Assembly: GCA_963796275.1 (NCBI GenBank)
Contig: CAWCKY010000004.1
Location: 64,001 to 128,000 of the forward strand
DNA: 64,000 bases
Origin: an uncultured Acidobacteriota bacterium
GTDB taxonomy: Bacteria > Acidobacteriota > Blastocatellia > RBC074
Reading direction: 5' to 3'
Within the stretch, counting starts at the first letter, position 1; every line of letters starts with the position of its first letter. The notes beneath the pieces were generated by a model. The model was not told the origin of the DNA. It searched no databases and saw nothing but the letters and a program-made list of their open reading frames with translations. The position numbers were made by a program, and so were the translations under genes. Positions 34,801 to 42,977 of this stretch are shown piece by piece.

Positions 34801-34942
34801 TATTCACGAGGCTTTACACTCCATTACCAAATTAAATGACGCAGACCTTGCTGTGAAGCTAGGTAGAAGCAGTCAAGAAAGTTTGCAGGGAAGTGTATGG
34901 ATAAATGATAGATTGTTTAAGTGGGGCTGCGGCTCAGACTGA
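28814..34942 (+). CDS. Rhs/YD-repeat polymorphic toxin with HExxH tip
   Basis: AGGAGG RBS, hydrophobic N-terminus, Ig-like segment, YD repeats, HPDRLGTR, DYAVNRFY, YAYCGNDPINLTDPDG, hydrophobic region, then IIHEALH. Confidence 0.93.
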   Translation: MSPLLQACFLFFVCLTYSSFFAIRTACAAVQACLSHWLYAFLPRVSLTGSRFGPSVLQRFLCVMLIVVMSGQSVLASPQIAFSVFNTVSPAAINSGQNVYFWWHSSGWAAWSERYVRKHFPFLHSSKQHERNWDGTGAPAQSMPEPMPQETQDERNARVVRLEIHPKEISVRPDEPVIFSAIGFDGNNSPVGGLRFNWSSEEEMSGERVKVMEMGKFAASKKGSYKIRASMNGRAVETKVTVKGDRFAPWEQPIGTRTVSSRDLPPAPRSSSPLPKTKERIAKNALDRLATRFASAGTKVMPAILQAGDIYGWNSSNYMTADDPGKQRGEPAGHTPDGGAGNANFEFATPVLALDGRGLDINLGLSYNSRIWHKANSEITFDIDRDWPAPGWSLGFGKIVSMGLGNGFMMIEADGTRHPYTGTISYSQFFHGCTCKTSDGSFIDYTVADNTPGGSTHAYAYAHFPNGTQILYEAPGANAIYPTWIGDSNGNKILISYRNNQGPQINTITDTLGRVIRFYYDSNNLLVAITGPGFNGTTRTLVRLIYEWKNLVNLGSNYGFAGLTPRVRNNVIPVIKGIYYPGTNTGYWFGESDSYSAYGMLAKVIEQRGMSFSAAPLPADPQQPADPGTITPGTMTRQMVYDYPMVASSLSSEPTYQNMTETWANMDVAPAVTHYLVQENASPRRIEITRPDGVKTVTLSHNAPGQFKDGLIYQDETYSPQATLLGRSFVNWEQGSCPPSGQSPGLYEYCAPRPSRIEITDERGQKTGKEFSYGSHFNQVTETREYGYGYSFGGTNTLLRKTRKEYLNDANYIDFAPSALEGIHIFNLVTVSEVFAGDGVTRLARTEYSYDQFRGAAGLKATPGITTSGYDARYNPHGNPFYVFFKFDNRGNVTTIKRYGNAVTLDEDTAVIEVRHYDITGNVVKIDNSCCEQTTINYTLNTQYAWPESQTRGSETDSSKQNTTSATYDFNTGLVKTGTDANGRVSQNTYYPDSLRPEKEISPTGAYKYHVYDDSQLSVVDQTYEAGEDGSNWSSRNDKFLDGRGRVRIQDAYGKDDVQDRVETIYDQLGRVWKQSRPYRFDEETPQETPQWSIVTYDFLDRAVQTTAPDGTSIVTRQYNQAPDPSGSSGQPGQTIRVTDPWGRQRWARSDALGRMVEVGEPNPDGNGTLATGALFTSYSYDALDRLTQVSQGSQTRTFKYDSLGRMTHQKLAERAGTLNDAGDYVETGTWSDVFSYDKRSNLTQRVDARGVKTIFKYKDEEDIEDPLNRLLAVHYDKSGVPASLAVNIPDASDVSYVYMTTDDKTRLKNVNVASEMGDEEFNYDNEGRLSQVTQTFTGRESYPLVTNYLWDTLNRLKEKTYPMQHGAGDIRKKVEQTFDKASRPDSLKFGGVTFASDPVYNAASQVNELDVGSQIKESYGYDPKTGLLTSQSVDRGTTVMLKLSYIYTLVFDPTNSLAKTGQVVSITDVQNSTRNRAFEYDKVGRLKKVKNKMNDPTWYQTYTYDRWGNRTNVAKTGNAPQIPLDGLASLSYDATNNRMTSAGFAYDPAGNQTRAVINDSGVQHQYRYDEAGRLAQVIDGSGTTVLATYSYGASNQRLMSVESGVTKYFGWDGGRIETEYEGSGTSGLLWKTSYVYLGGRLLATTSGSSGTETRFHHPDRLGTRLVTDASTGEEVTRQLVMPFGTMQPYGAVGGDNSYQSPTKSNPSQKRFTSYDRSDSTGLDYAVNRFYSSQQGRFTQVDPIGMSGASLSNPQSLNMYAYCGNDPINLTDPDGLFFGKLFKWIAKIFKWIAIAAVVAIAVLTVVPAAWAGTVMAKIGIWAAKHQILASLLGLHTPQFAIVNLASTAGATAAGFWILAGVGAVNSFLQAVGSGKKEKLSKGDQEKYDEAREEAQDLSKDCKTFLGNALGKMNLKTDDLVNAIKKQLPFSKNSTINTVTAGVVPSGSTNPVIASVAKLSVKEFFDKTNPAAATGFFQNSTLYDVYFDSGYISSRRIIHEALHSITKLNDADLAVKLGRSSQESLQGSVWINDRLFKWGCGSD

Positions 34943-34999
34943 ATCAGTGATCAAAGGTGCGTTTCACCAACACATTCATCAATACAAGGAGGGCTAAGA

Positions 35000-35734
35000 A
35001 TGAGAAAGAGCTTCTCTACCATTATTGTTATGCTCAGTATTGGGATGATTGGTTATGCCGGGCAATTGACCGGAACCGTAAGAACCGAAATCGGTAAGCC
35101 GTTAGGCAAGGTCGTAATCTATAGCAGATCTGACGATCAGTATGAAGCTATCGAGAATTTTCTGACTACGACGGACGAACAGGGAAATTTCAAACTTCGC
35201 AATCATGGGAAGGTGGTCTTCTTCCAACTTCCAGGCTTTGAACCGATCGTGAAAGTTCATCAGGATGGTACTGCTCATATTGATGTGATACTCAAATCTG
35301 CAGGAACCACTGAGTGGCTGATTCCGGCGTGTCCCGAGAGATTCGATCCCGGAACATATATCGGGGTTGACAGAATTGGGTACCGACTCCCAATACCAAG
35401 AGGGGTTTTGACCGAAAGGATTAGAGGAGACCATGACCTTTTTTACACCGTTTATTACAGGCAACAAGATCGCAAAGAGTCGTTGGTTTATTACTGGAGT
35501 GTTTATGCAGTCGGTTTTCCTAACGAAAAGTTGATACTTGACTCGACTGAGGTTTCAATAAGGTCTTTCCGGAATGACGAGTTTGGAGGTATAGATATCC
35601 ACGGACGTTTCAAAAACGGGACATACTGGCGTTTTATCGGTAGTGGTGGAACAGAAATATCGTACAAGGGCGTCTCAAAAGAAGCAGCCCATTATTTTGA
35701 CAACATAATTAACGGTATATGTCTCGCAAAGTAA
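35000..35734 (+). CDS. Putative exported immunity protein with carboxypeptidase-regulatory-like N-domain
   Basis: AGGAGG RBS, signal peptide, LTGTV..G.PL..TTTDEQGNF; directly after the Rhs tip. Confidence 0.65.
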   Translation: MRKSFSTIIVMLSIGMIGYAGQLTGTVRTEIGKPLGKVVIYSRSDDQYEAIENFLTTTDEQGNFKLRNHGKVVFFQLPGFEPIVKVHQDGTAHIDVILKSAGTTEWLIPACPERFDPGTYIGVDRIGYRLPIPRGVLTERIRGDHDLFYTVYYRQQDRKESLVYYWSVYAVGFPNEKLILDSTEVSIRSFRNDEFGGIDIHGRFKNGTYWRFIGSGGTEISYKGVSKEAAHYFDNIINGICLAK

Positions 35735-35890
35735 GTCTTTTATCGTGCAATTTTCTTTGGCAATGGCCTTTGATTGAGAAGGTTCTTCCCTATTCCCACC
35801 ATCAAGCCCTGCGCGCGCGAGTGGATCCAATGATTGCTTTACGCCACGACTGACCTTTGAACCCATAGTTAGTAAAGTCTGTCTAACCTC

Positions 35891-36772
35891 TCATTTCATC
35901 AGCAAAATTAGATACCAGAGGCGGGCTCCAGAGCTGATCCGCCATATGTGCCAACGGTCCATTTCACGTGCGGCTCGAAGAACCCCTACCAACCGCCTCT
36001 TCTCCCTTCGATCGATACCTTGCAAGAGCGCGGCAGCTTCTTCTTCGAAACCCTCCGGGCAGAGGCGCCGAAAGTTGTGCACGGCCTCAATCAACGTAAT
36101 CAATGCTCCGGAGCGCTCACTCCCCAGGAATGTACGCAGCGCTGCCCGTTTCGCCCTGATCTTATCGTCAAACCCCTTTGCCCCCTTGCCGGCAGCCGGT
36201 ATGAACGCGCCGCGGTAGTAATTCCTCGGCCGAACGCAATGGGGCCACTCTGCGCATGAGGGAAGGTCCTTGTCCTTTCCGCGCGCTTTGGCGACGCGCA
36301 CCTGACCAAGCCCCAGATTCTTTCCCACGAGGTTGCATATGTCCCTAAAGTGCGGGCCGTGCCCTTTGTAAGAGTCTTCCGTCTTTCCCGTGATTTCGTG
36401 ATGGTACTGGTGGATGGTCTCATGGAGAAGAACGTCGCACACGAAAAGCAACCTCCCTTCCGCGTATCGGTCGCCTTTCTTCATCGCTTTGTGCTGCCCC
36501 GTCAGGAGCGTCGGACGGAGACGAATCTGCGAATGTCCGCCGAAGCCGCTCACTGGAGAATAATCTCCGAAATGCTGTGGAAGGGAAGGAGACGCAAGCA
36601 TTATGTAGAGCGGGATCATCGACTCTTCAGCCAATAGATCCTTAGCGTACTTCTCCCACATAACATAGAGGCGGCGCAGGATCGGTCGATAGGCTTTGTC
36701 GGATTGGGAGATCACGAACTCCTGAAATTCTTCCCTGTGTTTTATGTCCGCAGTCGTAAGGCGTGATTTCAT
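35891..36772 (-). CDS. SprT-like zinc metallopeptidase
   Basis: GGAGG RBS; VLLHETIHQY followed by GHGPHF..ICN..G. Confidence 0.75.
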   Translation of the reverse strand: MKSRLTTADIKHREEFQEFVISQSDKAYRPILRRLYVMWEKYAKDLLAEESMIPLYIMLASPSLPQHFGDYSPVSGFGGHSQIRLRPTLLTGQHKAMKKGDRYAEGRLLFVCDVLLHETIHQYHHEITGKTEDSYKGHGPHFRDICNLVGKNLGLGQVRVAKARGKDKDLPSCAEWPHCVRPRNYYRGAFIPAAGKGAKGFDDKIRAKRAALRTFLGSERSGALITLIEAVHNFRRLCPEGFEEEAAALLQGIDRREKRRLVGVLRAAREMDRWHIWRISSGARLWYLILLMK

Positions 36773-37794
36773 CGCGCACCTCCTCCCGAAAGCGAGGTAA
36801 ATGTCTCTTGCACGAGAGACATCATACTCCCTTTGTCAAATTGGGCGATGCTGGCGAGATGAGCATAAGAGGGTAAGAGGGAGTGGGGCCATCGCAGGCC
36901 TGGCAATGTAGAAGAACGCAATAATCTTTCTGCACTATGATTAGTAAACGAATTATCCTAAGCGTGTGGTTATTCATCAGCGCACGATCACCCCGGCCGT
37001 GTGGTCGCCATTGACGACGGCGATACAATCATCTTACTCGATTCCACCAGGTGTAGTATCTATTGGAATAGTTCCATATGTTGACAAGAGCATGGCTCTG
37101 CGATATAACCTCGGGCCAATTAGCAGTGTATACCCTAATGGCTGAGGACGCTGCTGAATTTAGGGCGCGAAAGCGCCCTATACTCATTTCAGATTCGAAT
37201 CACTATATTCTTCGGACAAGGAGAGGCGCGCCGATATTGGACCGGGACTTCCGACTCGTTCGTGGCCGAGCTCACGGCGTGCGATCAGGTCCTGGCCGAG
37301 TTGAAGATAAATGAAAAAGAAGGACGAAAGACAGCACTCGTTCCAGCCATACATCGCTGCCCCGCGCTTTGGCCACGCGAACTATATGGCATAAATTAAC
37401 ATCGTTGCCATGGGGGTCTACTTTGGCATGCGATGGCGACGGCGCAAGCCTTTTATAACCTTGCCGGACATCAGTGGCAGGGCTTCCCGTAATCACTTAT
37501 TGAAGTTGCCGAGGCTCAATCTCAAAGCCTCAGCTCATCTAGCACCTTCATAGAAACACACCTCTTATACAAGGACGTAAGACAGAGAATTTTATTTGCA
37601 ACATAACCGAGTTATGCTAAAGGTAGGATAGCCACGAGAATTTATTCCGAAAACCATACGCCATGTGGAACTCGTGAATCATATAGTCGGACAGCCATGC
37701 CAATAGATCATATCAGTCTTCATGCAGCCGATTACTAAATCAAAGCAGTTATTATTACGACTTTCTCGCGGCGACCTATAAAGGCGCGGGGTAA

Positions 37795-38445
37795 GTGTTA
37801 TCACGGGACGGGATTGGCGAGCGGGATTTAGGAGTGTGTGTGCCCCGTAAACACAATATAGAGAGTGAGGCCAACGCCACGACGGTCACTGATAAAGGCC
37901 TGATTCTGCGCGTGAGCCATGGCGACGCAAGGGCTTTCGAAACGCTGGTCGATCTCTACCAGAAGCAGGCGTTGCGAATGGCGCAGCGATGTATCGGGCA
38001 ACATGCTGAGGCCGAAGACCTGGTCCAAGAAGCTTTCCTGCAAGTCCACCGGCGCGCTTACCTGTACAACCCTGAGATCGCCTCTTTTAAAACCTGGTTC
38101 TTCTCGATTCTCACCAATCTCTGCCGCAATGCTGTCAGGAGAAACAGGAATCGTACGTTCATCGAACTGTTAAAAGATGCGCGCGCAATTGACGATCTGG
38201 AGGGAGAGCTTGCGCACGAAGAGCGGCGAACTGTCATTGCCGCAGCCATGGCCAAACTGCCGCCCAATCAGCGATTGGCTTTGACCCTGTGCTATGAGGA
38301 AGAGTGCAGTTACGCCGAAACGGCGGCGGAACTGGGCCTTTCGGTCAAGGCCGTCGGGTCGCTGTTGGTGCGCGCGAAGCGGAGGCTGCGGGGGGAATTG
38401 ACAGGGTTGAGAAAAAATACTTTCAACGGAGCGAAGCTTTTTTGA
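37795..38445 (+). CDS. ECF RNA polymerase sigma factor
   Basis: GDARAFETLV, AEDLVQEAFL, FKTW, LPPNQR..SYAETAAELGLSVKAV.SLL.RA. Confidence 0.92.
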   Translation: MLSRDGIGERDLGVCVPRKHNIESEANATTVTDKGLILRVSHGDARAFETLVDLYQKQALRMAQRCIGQHAEAEDLVQEAFLQVHRRAYLYNPEIASFKTWFFSILTNLCRNAVRRNRNRTFIELLKDARAIDDLEGELAHEERRTVIAAAMAKLPPNQRLALTLCYEEECSYAETAAELGLSVKAVGSLLVRAKRRLRGELTGLRKNTFNGAKLF

Positions 38446-38541
38446 GTTTGGTGTGTATTACGAGGTGAGGAAAACTAGGAGACTATTTGGTCAATTAATG
38501 GCCATTTATTCTTCGTTAATATAAAGTCACGGAGGATTGAA

Positions 38542-38841
38542 ATGAAAAAGTATAGACTAACAATAGTATTGCTACTTCTCGTCATAACGGCATCAATCAC
38601 GCCATATGGCGGAGTTACGGGCCGCGAGGTAACATTGCCGACAACTAACTTTGTGGAAAACCCCCATAACGCCCCGCCGTGCGAACCTGCCGCGCAAGGA
38701 TGCACGCTACAGGAGGCGTGTACAAACCAACGGAATCCGGCGGTTTGTTGCGAACGGCTATGCACCTACATATGCGAGGACGGATCAGTGACGCTAACGC
38801 GGCAGATTTCAAACACGGGCCCGTGCAAAGCCCAACCATGA
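38542..38841 (+). CDS. Small secreted cysteine-rich protein
   Basis: GGAGG RBS, Sec signal, 8 Cys in the C-terminal ~50 aa. Confidence 0.65.
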   Translation: MKKYRLTIVLLLLVITASITPYGGVTGREVTLPTTNFVENPHNAPPCEPAAQGCTLQEACTNQRNPAVCCERLCTYICEDGSVTLTRQISNTGPCKAQP

Positions 38842-38899
38842 GAGGTGGTAGATAGTCACCCCCACCACAGTACGCGGCGGCGCAATGATTGTTCCAGCA

Positions 38900-39410
38900 T
38901 CGTAATTCATGCCGTCGGACATGGCTGGCGTAAACGATCTCCCCGAAGCGATCGCGATGTGGACGCTTATACGCGCTGCCGCGCGCAACCTCGCCGATAT
39001 GGATTTGAAAGGCCAACTGGCTTACGTGCGGCGAGTCGAGGACCAGCAGCAGACGACCATCAACTGGCTCAACACGCGGATCAGATCGTGCTGGAGACGA
39101 CCATCGCTTATGAGCAAAGTGGCGATCGATCTGACGGCCTATCTGGCGCGACATGAGCCGGATAAATACGTCAAGGATGTTTTTGACTTCGGCCTCCTGG
39201 AAGATTTCGATCACCTCTACCGCTATAGCCAGTTCCTTGATCTGGTCGCGGGCAAGGACCCGAACGAAATCCTACAGGGGAAGACCGACGTCTTCCCGAG
39301 GCGCCCGACGCAGGATAATCACAACGATCCGCTGCTGCGGCTGCGCAAACATTACGAGAAGAACCAGGCCAGTCCGGTATCGAAGGCGCACATCCTGAAT
39401 CTTCCCTTCC
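38900..39410 (+). pseudogene. Ferritin-like protein remnant
   Basis: Pieces in two frames: DVDAYTRCR, RRVEDQQQ..INWL, VLETTIAYEQ, DFGLLEDFDHLYRY. Confidence 0.65.
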
Positions 39411-39519
39411 GCCGAAACGGAGTAAGTAGGGAGTACATTCCCAGGCTTGATTTAAAGATTTAAAACGGTACTCGGCTTACTTATTGTTGGCACTCTGAAG
39501 TTACCGCGACAACGCATCC

Positions 39520-39566
39520 ACAACAAACAGAAAGGCATTCGGGGCGACTGCTTTTCTGTTTGTTGT
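39520..39566. repeat. 18-bp-arm inverted repeat upstream of the redoxin gene
   Basis: ACAACAAACAGAAAGGCA / TGCTTTTCTGTTTGTTGT, with one G-T pair. Confidence 0.8.
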
Positions 39567-39602
39567 AACAAAGCCTGAGACTACGACAAGGAGGAACCTG
39601 AT

Positions 39603-40166
39603 ATGACTCGACTGGAAAAAGCGACAAATGTAGCCATCATCGTGGCCTGTACCGTCTTGGTCGGGAACCTGGCCTGGAATTACTACCTCAGCTCAAGACC
39701 CAATCCGAGACTCGCGCCTGAGATCGCGAAAGGGGCCGTGGTCAAGCTGCCCGGCGCGGCCCCCACCAGCCCACAACCTACGCTGGTCCTGGTGCTCTCG
39801 AAGAACTGCCATTTCTGCCAGGAGAGCGTCGGGTTCTATCAAAAGCTGACGGCCTTCAAGAATTCCTCCCCGCAAGGGCTGCGGCTGGTGGCGGTACTGC
39901 CCCAGAGCAAGGAGGAGGCCGAAAGCTACCTCAAAGAACAGAGGATCGGGGTGGACGAGGTGATCTCGATGGATGTGTCGAAGCTGGGAGTGAGAGGTAC
40001 GCCGACTCTGTTGCTGCTGGACGGGAAGCATAAGCTGGAGGAGTTGTGGGCCGGAAAGCTCGATCCCACCCAGGAGTCACAAATGATGGAAAGGCTCAAG
40101 AAGGCTTGCGGCGGCTGCGCGATCCCAGCCGCTATCCTCCTTCCCTCTTTCAGCCCGGGCTGGTGA
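39603..40166 (+). CDS. Membrane-anchored thioredoxin-like (TlpA/redoxin) protein
   Basis: AGGAGG RBS, N-terminal TM, CHFC, GTPTLLLLD. Confidence 0.85.
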   Translation: MTRLEKATNVAIIVACTVLVGNLAWNYYLSSRPNPRLAPEIAKGAVVKLPGAAPTSPQPTLVLVLSKNCHFCQESVGFYQKLTAFKNSSPQGLRLVAVLPQSKEEAESYLKEQRIGVDEVISMDVSKLGVRGTPTLLLLDGKHKLEELWAGKLDPTQESQMMERLKKACGGCAIPAAILLPSFSPGW

Positions 40167-40185
40167 AGGCAGCGCTGTGGTTTGA

Positions 40186-40330
40186 TCAAATAGCTAAGGC
40201 TTCTTCTATATATCGTCTGAGTTTTTCTTTTATGCGATATATTCTTATTCTCACCGTGTTGATACTGAGGCCATATTTTTCGGCTATGGCTTTTCTGTCT
40301 TTGATTCCTGCATTCTCCCAATCATCGACC
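40186..40330 (-). pseudogene. Sigma factor region-4 remnant
   Basis: RKAIAEKYGLSINTVRIRIYRIKEKLR HTH tail without an N-terminal part. Confidence 0.55.
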
Positions 40331-40455
40331 GGTGGATTGCGATCACGGTGTTGCTGATATTGGTGGCGCTCCTGGCGTATTTCATACTGCGCGCATGACA
40401 AAAGTAGCCCCGAGGTCGCGCTTCGGTCTGAATGCCTTTTACAGCTCCTAACATG

Positions 40456-41592
40456 TCAAGCGCCGCTAACCTGCCCCCGGCCAGGAAGCGTGAACCGGAA
40501 AGTTGAGCCAACGCCTTCCTTACTTTCCACAGTCACATTCCCGCCATGCGCCTCGACAAACGTCTTCACGATGGCAAGACCCAGGCCTGTTCCACCTTCC
40601 TTTTCCGGATCGGTTTCTAGTTTGTCGAAGATTATTTCGAGCCGGTCTTCAGGGATTCCAGCGCCATTGTCGCGGACCCAGCACTCGAGGCCGCCTTCCG
40701 CTCCGACTTCTCGCACCCCGATGACGACTTCGCCGCGCGGAGTATACTTAATCGCATTCGCGATCAAGTTCTGAAATACACGCTTCAGTAAACTCGCGTC
40801 CGCGTAAACGGTTAGATCCTCGGGGACCTCGTTGATAAGTTGCGTACTGGAGGTCCCAGCCACAGGATGCAGATCGTAGATAAGGGCCTCGACAAGCGGC
40901 CATAAATCGAACTCACGGCGCTCCAATTTGATGCCGGTCTCAGTTTGGATGTAATCGCTCTCTTTTAGGACCTTATCAACCAACGCTTGAAGACGCTGCA
41001 CGTTACGGTGGAGAGTCTTGAGCATCTGGGCCGTTTCAGCGCTGTCATTTTGCCCAGAGAACGGGGGTTGCAGAACATGCGCGGCAAGGGAGATAGCATT
41101 AAGCGGGCTGCGCAGATCGTGCGCCACAAATGCCAAATACTCTTCACGGCGCCGCTGCATTTCTAGTGCTTGCTGAGTGGAAAATGTCTGGACGGCCAAT
41201 CCGATCGCCTTATCCAGGACGCGATTCAAGATATGGAACGCCTTGCCATCCAGGCTGAGGCCATGGGTTTCGGCGAGATCGTAGATGCAGCCGCGAAGGA
41301 TGTTGTACTCTGCCACAACTTCGATGATGTCGAACCCATCTTGATACCGCTGCATGCCGTGGGCTGGCGAGCTGCCTTCCCGAATCTCTTCCGTGATCGT
41401 TTGATCAGACGCAGAGTGGAATGCGGCGGCCAATTCATCAAGGAGGGTGGGAACCTGATCGTTCAGCGTAGGTGTATCGAGATCCTTCGCTGATGGGAGT
41501 TGCCGCACTTGCTCCCTCCACTGAGAGAGCAAAGCATCGCGCTCATGCTCGATGAGTGTTGCCAGTTCGTTGAGATTCTGAATACTCATCAT
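40456..41592 (-). CDS. Cytoplasmic sensor histidine kinase (RsbRD-N-like + HisKA + HATPase)
   Basis: HGMQR..GF, AHDLRSPL, NLIANAIKY, DNGAGI, GTGLGL. Confidence 0.92.
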   Translation of the reverse strand: MMSIQNLNELATLIEHERDALLSQWREQVRQLPSAKDLDTPTLNDQVPTLLDELAAAFHSASDQTITEEIREGSSPAHGMQRYQDGFDIIEVVAEYNILRGCIYDLAETHGLSLDGKAFHILNRVLDKAIGLAVQTFSTQQALEMQRRREEYLAFVAHDLRSPLNAISLAAHVLQPPFSGQNDSAETAQMLKTLHRNVQRLQALVDKVLKESDYIQTETGIKLERREFDLWPLVEALIYDLHPVAGTSSTQLINEVPEDLTVYADASLLKRVFQNLIANAIKYTPRGEVVIGVREVGAEGGLECWVRDNGAGIPEDRLEIIFDKLETDPEKEGGTGLGLAIVKTFVEAHGGNVTVESKEGVGSTFRFTLPGRGQVSGA

Positions 41593-42406
41593 ACGTACCT
41601 AATTTCGAACTAAGTGCCATTAATATTGAATATATCATATAAAAAAATATTAAGATTGCCGTGACACCAAGCACTGCGCCACTCTCTATCAGCAGCCCGC
41701 TTTCGCAGAAGCAATCAGTGAGGGTGAAATCGAGAGGAATAGATATTCGCAGAAGCCCAGAGGAGTTGCTTACCATCTTCATAAACAAGATGGCTTCCCG
41801 CGGAGGGCGAGGAAGTGGCCTAGAGCTGCGGGAGTTTGCGAAAAGGCCTCTGGCTTGCCTACCTCGCGTAGCGCTGACCAGAATCTCATATACGATATCC
41901 GCCTGGTCGATGGCGATTCAAATCACGGTAAAAAAAAACCCCTTCTTTAACATACACTATATTCCCTTAGTCCCTTTTAGTTTTTTCATTTCCCCCTCCC
42001 CCCCCCCAACCTATCCCTAAATATATGGGCCCCCACGTCTCTATCCCTCTCTCCTTGTTTTAATTCCCCCCCCCCCCCCCCCCCTCCCCTCTTCGACCTC
42101 ATTTGCCAGACGGCACCGGGCTTGACCTCTTCTTCTGACGTCCGAGCTGCCGACGGATTGTGTTCGCGTATCGTATCGTAGTTCGACAGAACTAGGTGAT
42201 AGCCTTTTACTCCTATTTGCCCATTTTGCGCAACGACCGAGCGCAGTCACCCAAAAGGGCCCGGAGCGAAGCGAAGGACCCCGGAGCAAAGCGGAGGGGT
42301 TGACGGCGTGAGGAGCGGAGCACGATGCACATAAGAGAAAAAGGCGACTCTATTCGTTTCAATTGTCCTCTGCCTACTTGAAAATGCGTCACTGGCTGGT
42401 TTTTCG

Positions 42407-42976
42407 TTAGTTGATGAAACCAGGCTCTTCGGGACTCCGATTGTCCTGATCTGCCTCGACTACATCTTCATCCACTATGTCCGAGAAAGACATCGCAGCA
42501 TAATGGACCGTCATATAAATGAGACTTGCCCACAAAGTAGGCCGGATGCGGATATCTCCTGAAACAAGACTTTCCGCAAATGAGCGGCCGCTATCACTCA
42601 TGAAGTCTTCCAATAGCGATTCAATATTACAACTGCCTGATCCAACTCGGCACGCCGGGCATCGACCAAATGATCGAAGATTGTTTTGGTCATCATCACG
42701 CCAAGAGCGCCAGATACATTTCTCCTCCATCTTCTCGATCCGCTTCTGATGAAGTAGGACAAACAATTCCTGAACATATTCTCTGTGCCTGGCTGCAGAA
42801 TCTTTTTGATCTTCTTGGGATTTTTTTGCTTCCCCCCACTTTTCCCTTCTTTTGATTTCCAGAGACGAGATCATCCCCCGTCGACAGGCCTCATAGAACA
42901 GGTCATCATCTGATGCCTGTCTCAACGCGTCTTTAATTTGTTTGGGTGAGGGAGTGTCTCGTGGTCTTGCGGCCAT
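42407..42976 (-). CDS. Hypothetical protein (CxxC-containing)
   Basis: AAGGAG RBS inside the upstream gene, start 1 bp after its stop; CPACRVGSGSC. Confidence 0.6.
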   Translation of the reverse strand: MAARPRDTPSPKQIKDALRQASDDDLFYEACRRGMISSLEIKRREKWGEAKKSQEDQKDSAARHREYVQELFVLLHQKRIEKMEEKCIWRSWRDDDQNNLRSFGRCPACRVGSGSCNIESLLEDFMSDSGRSFAESLVSGDIRIRPTLWASLIYMTVHYAAMSFSDIVDEDVVEADQDNRSPEEPGFIN

Positions 42977-42977
42977 A

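Noticed and set aside
35868-35890. GTCTAAC as another attC half-site
   Set aside because: Wrong orientation and spacing relative to neighbouring genes; no matching partner site.
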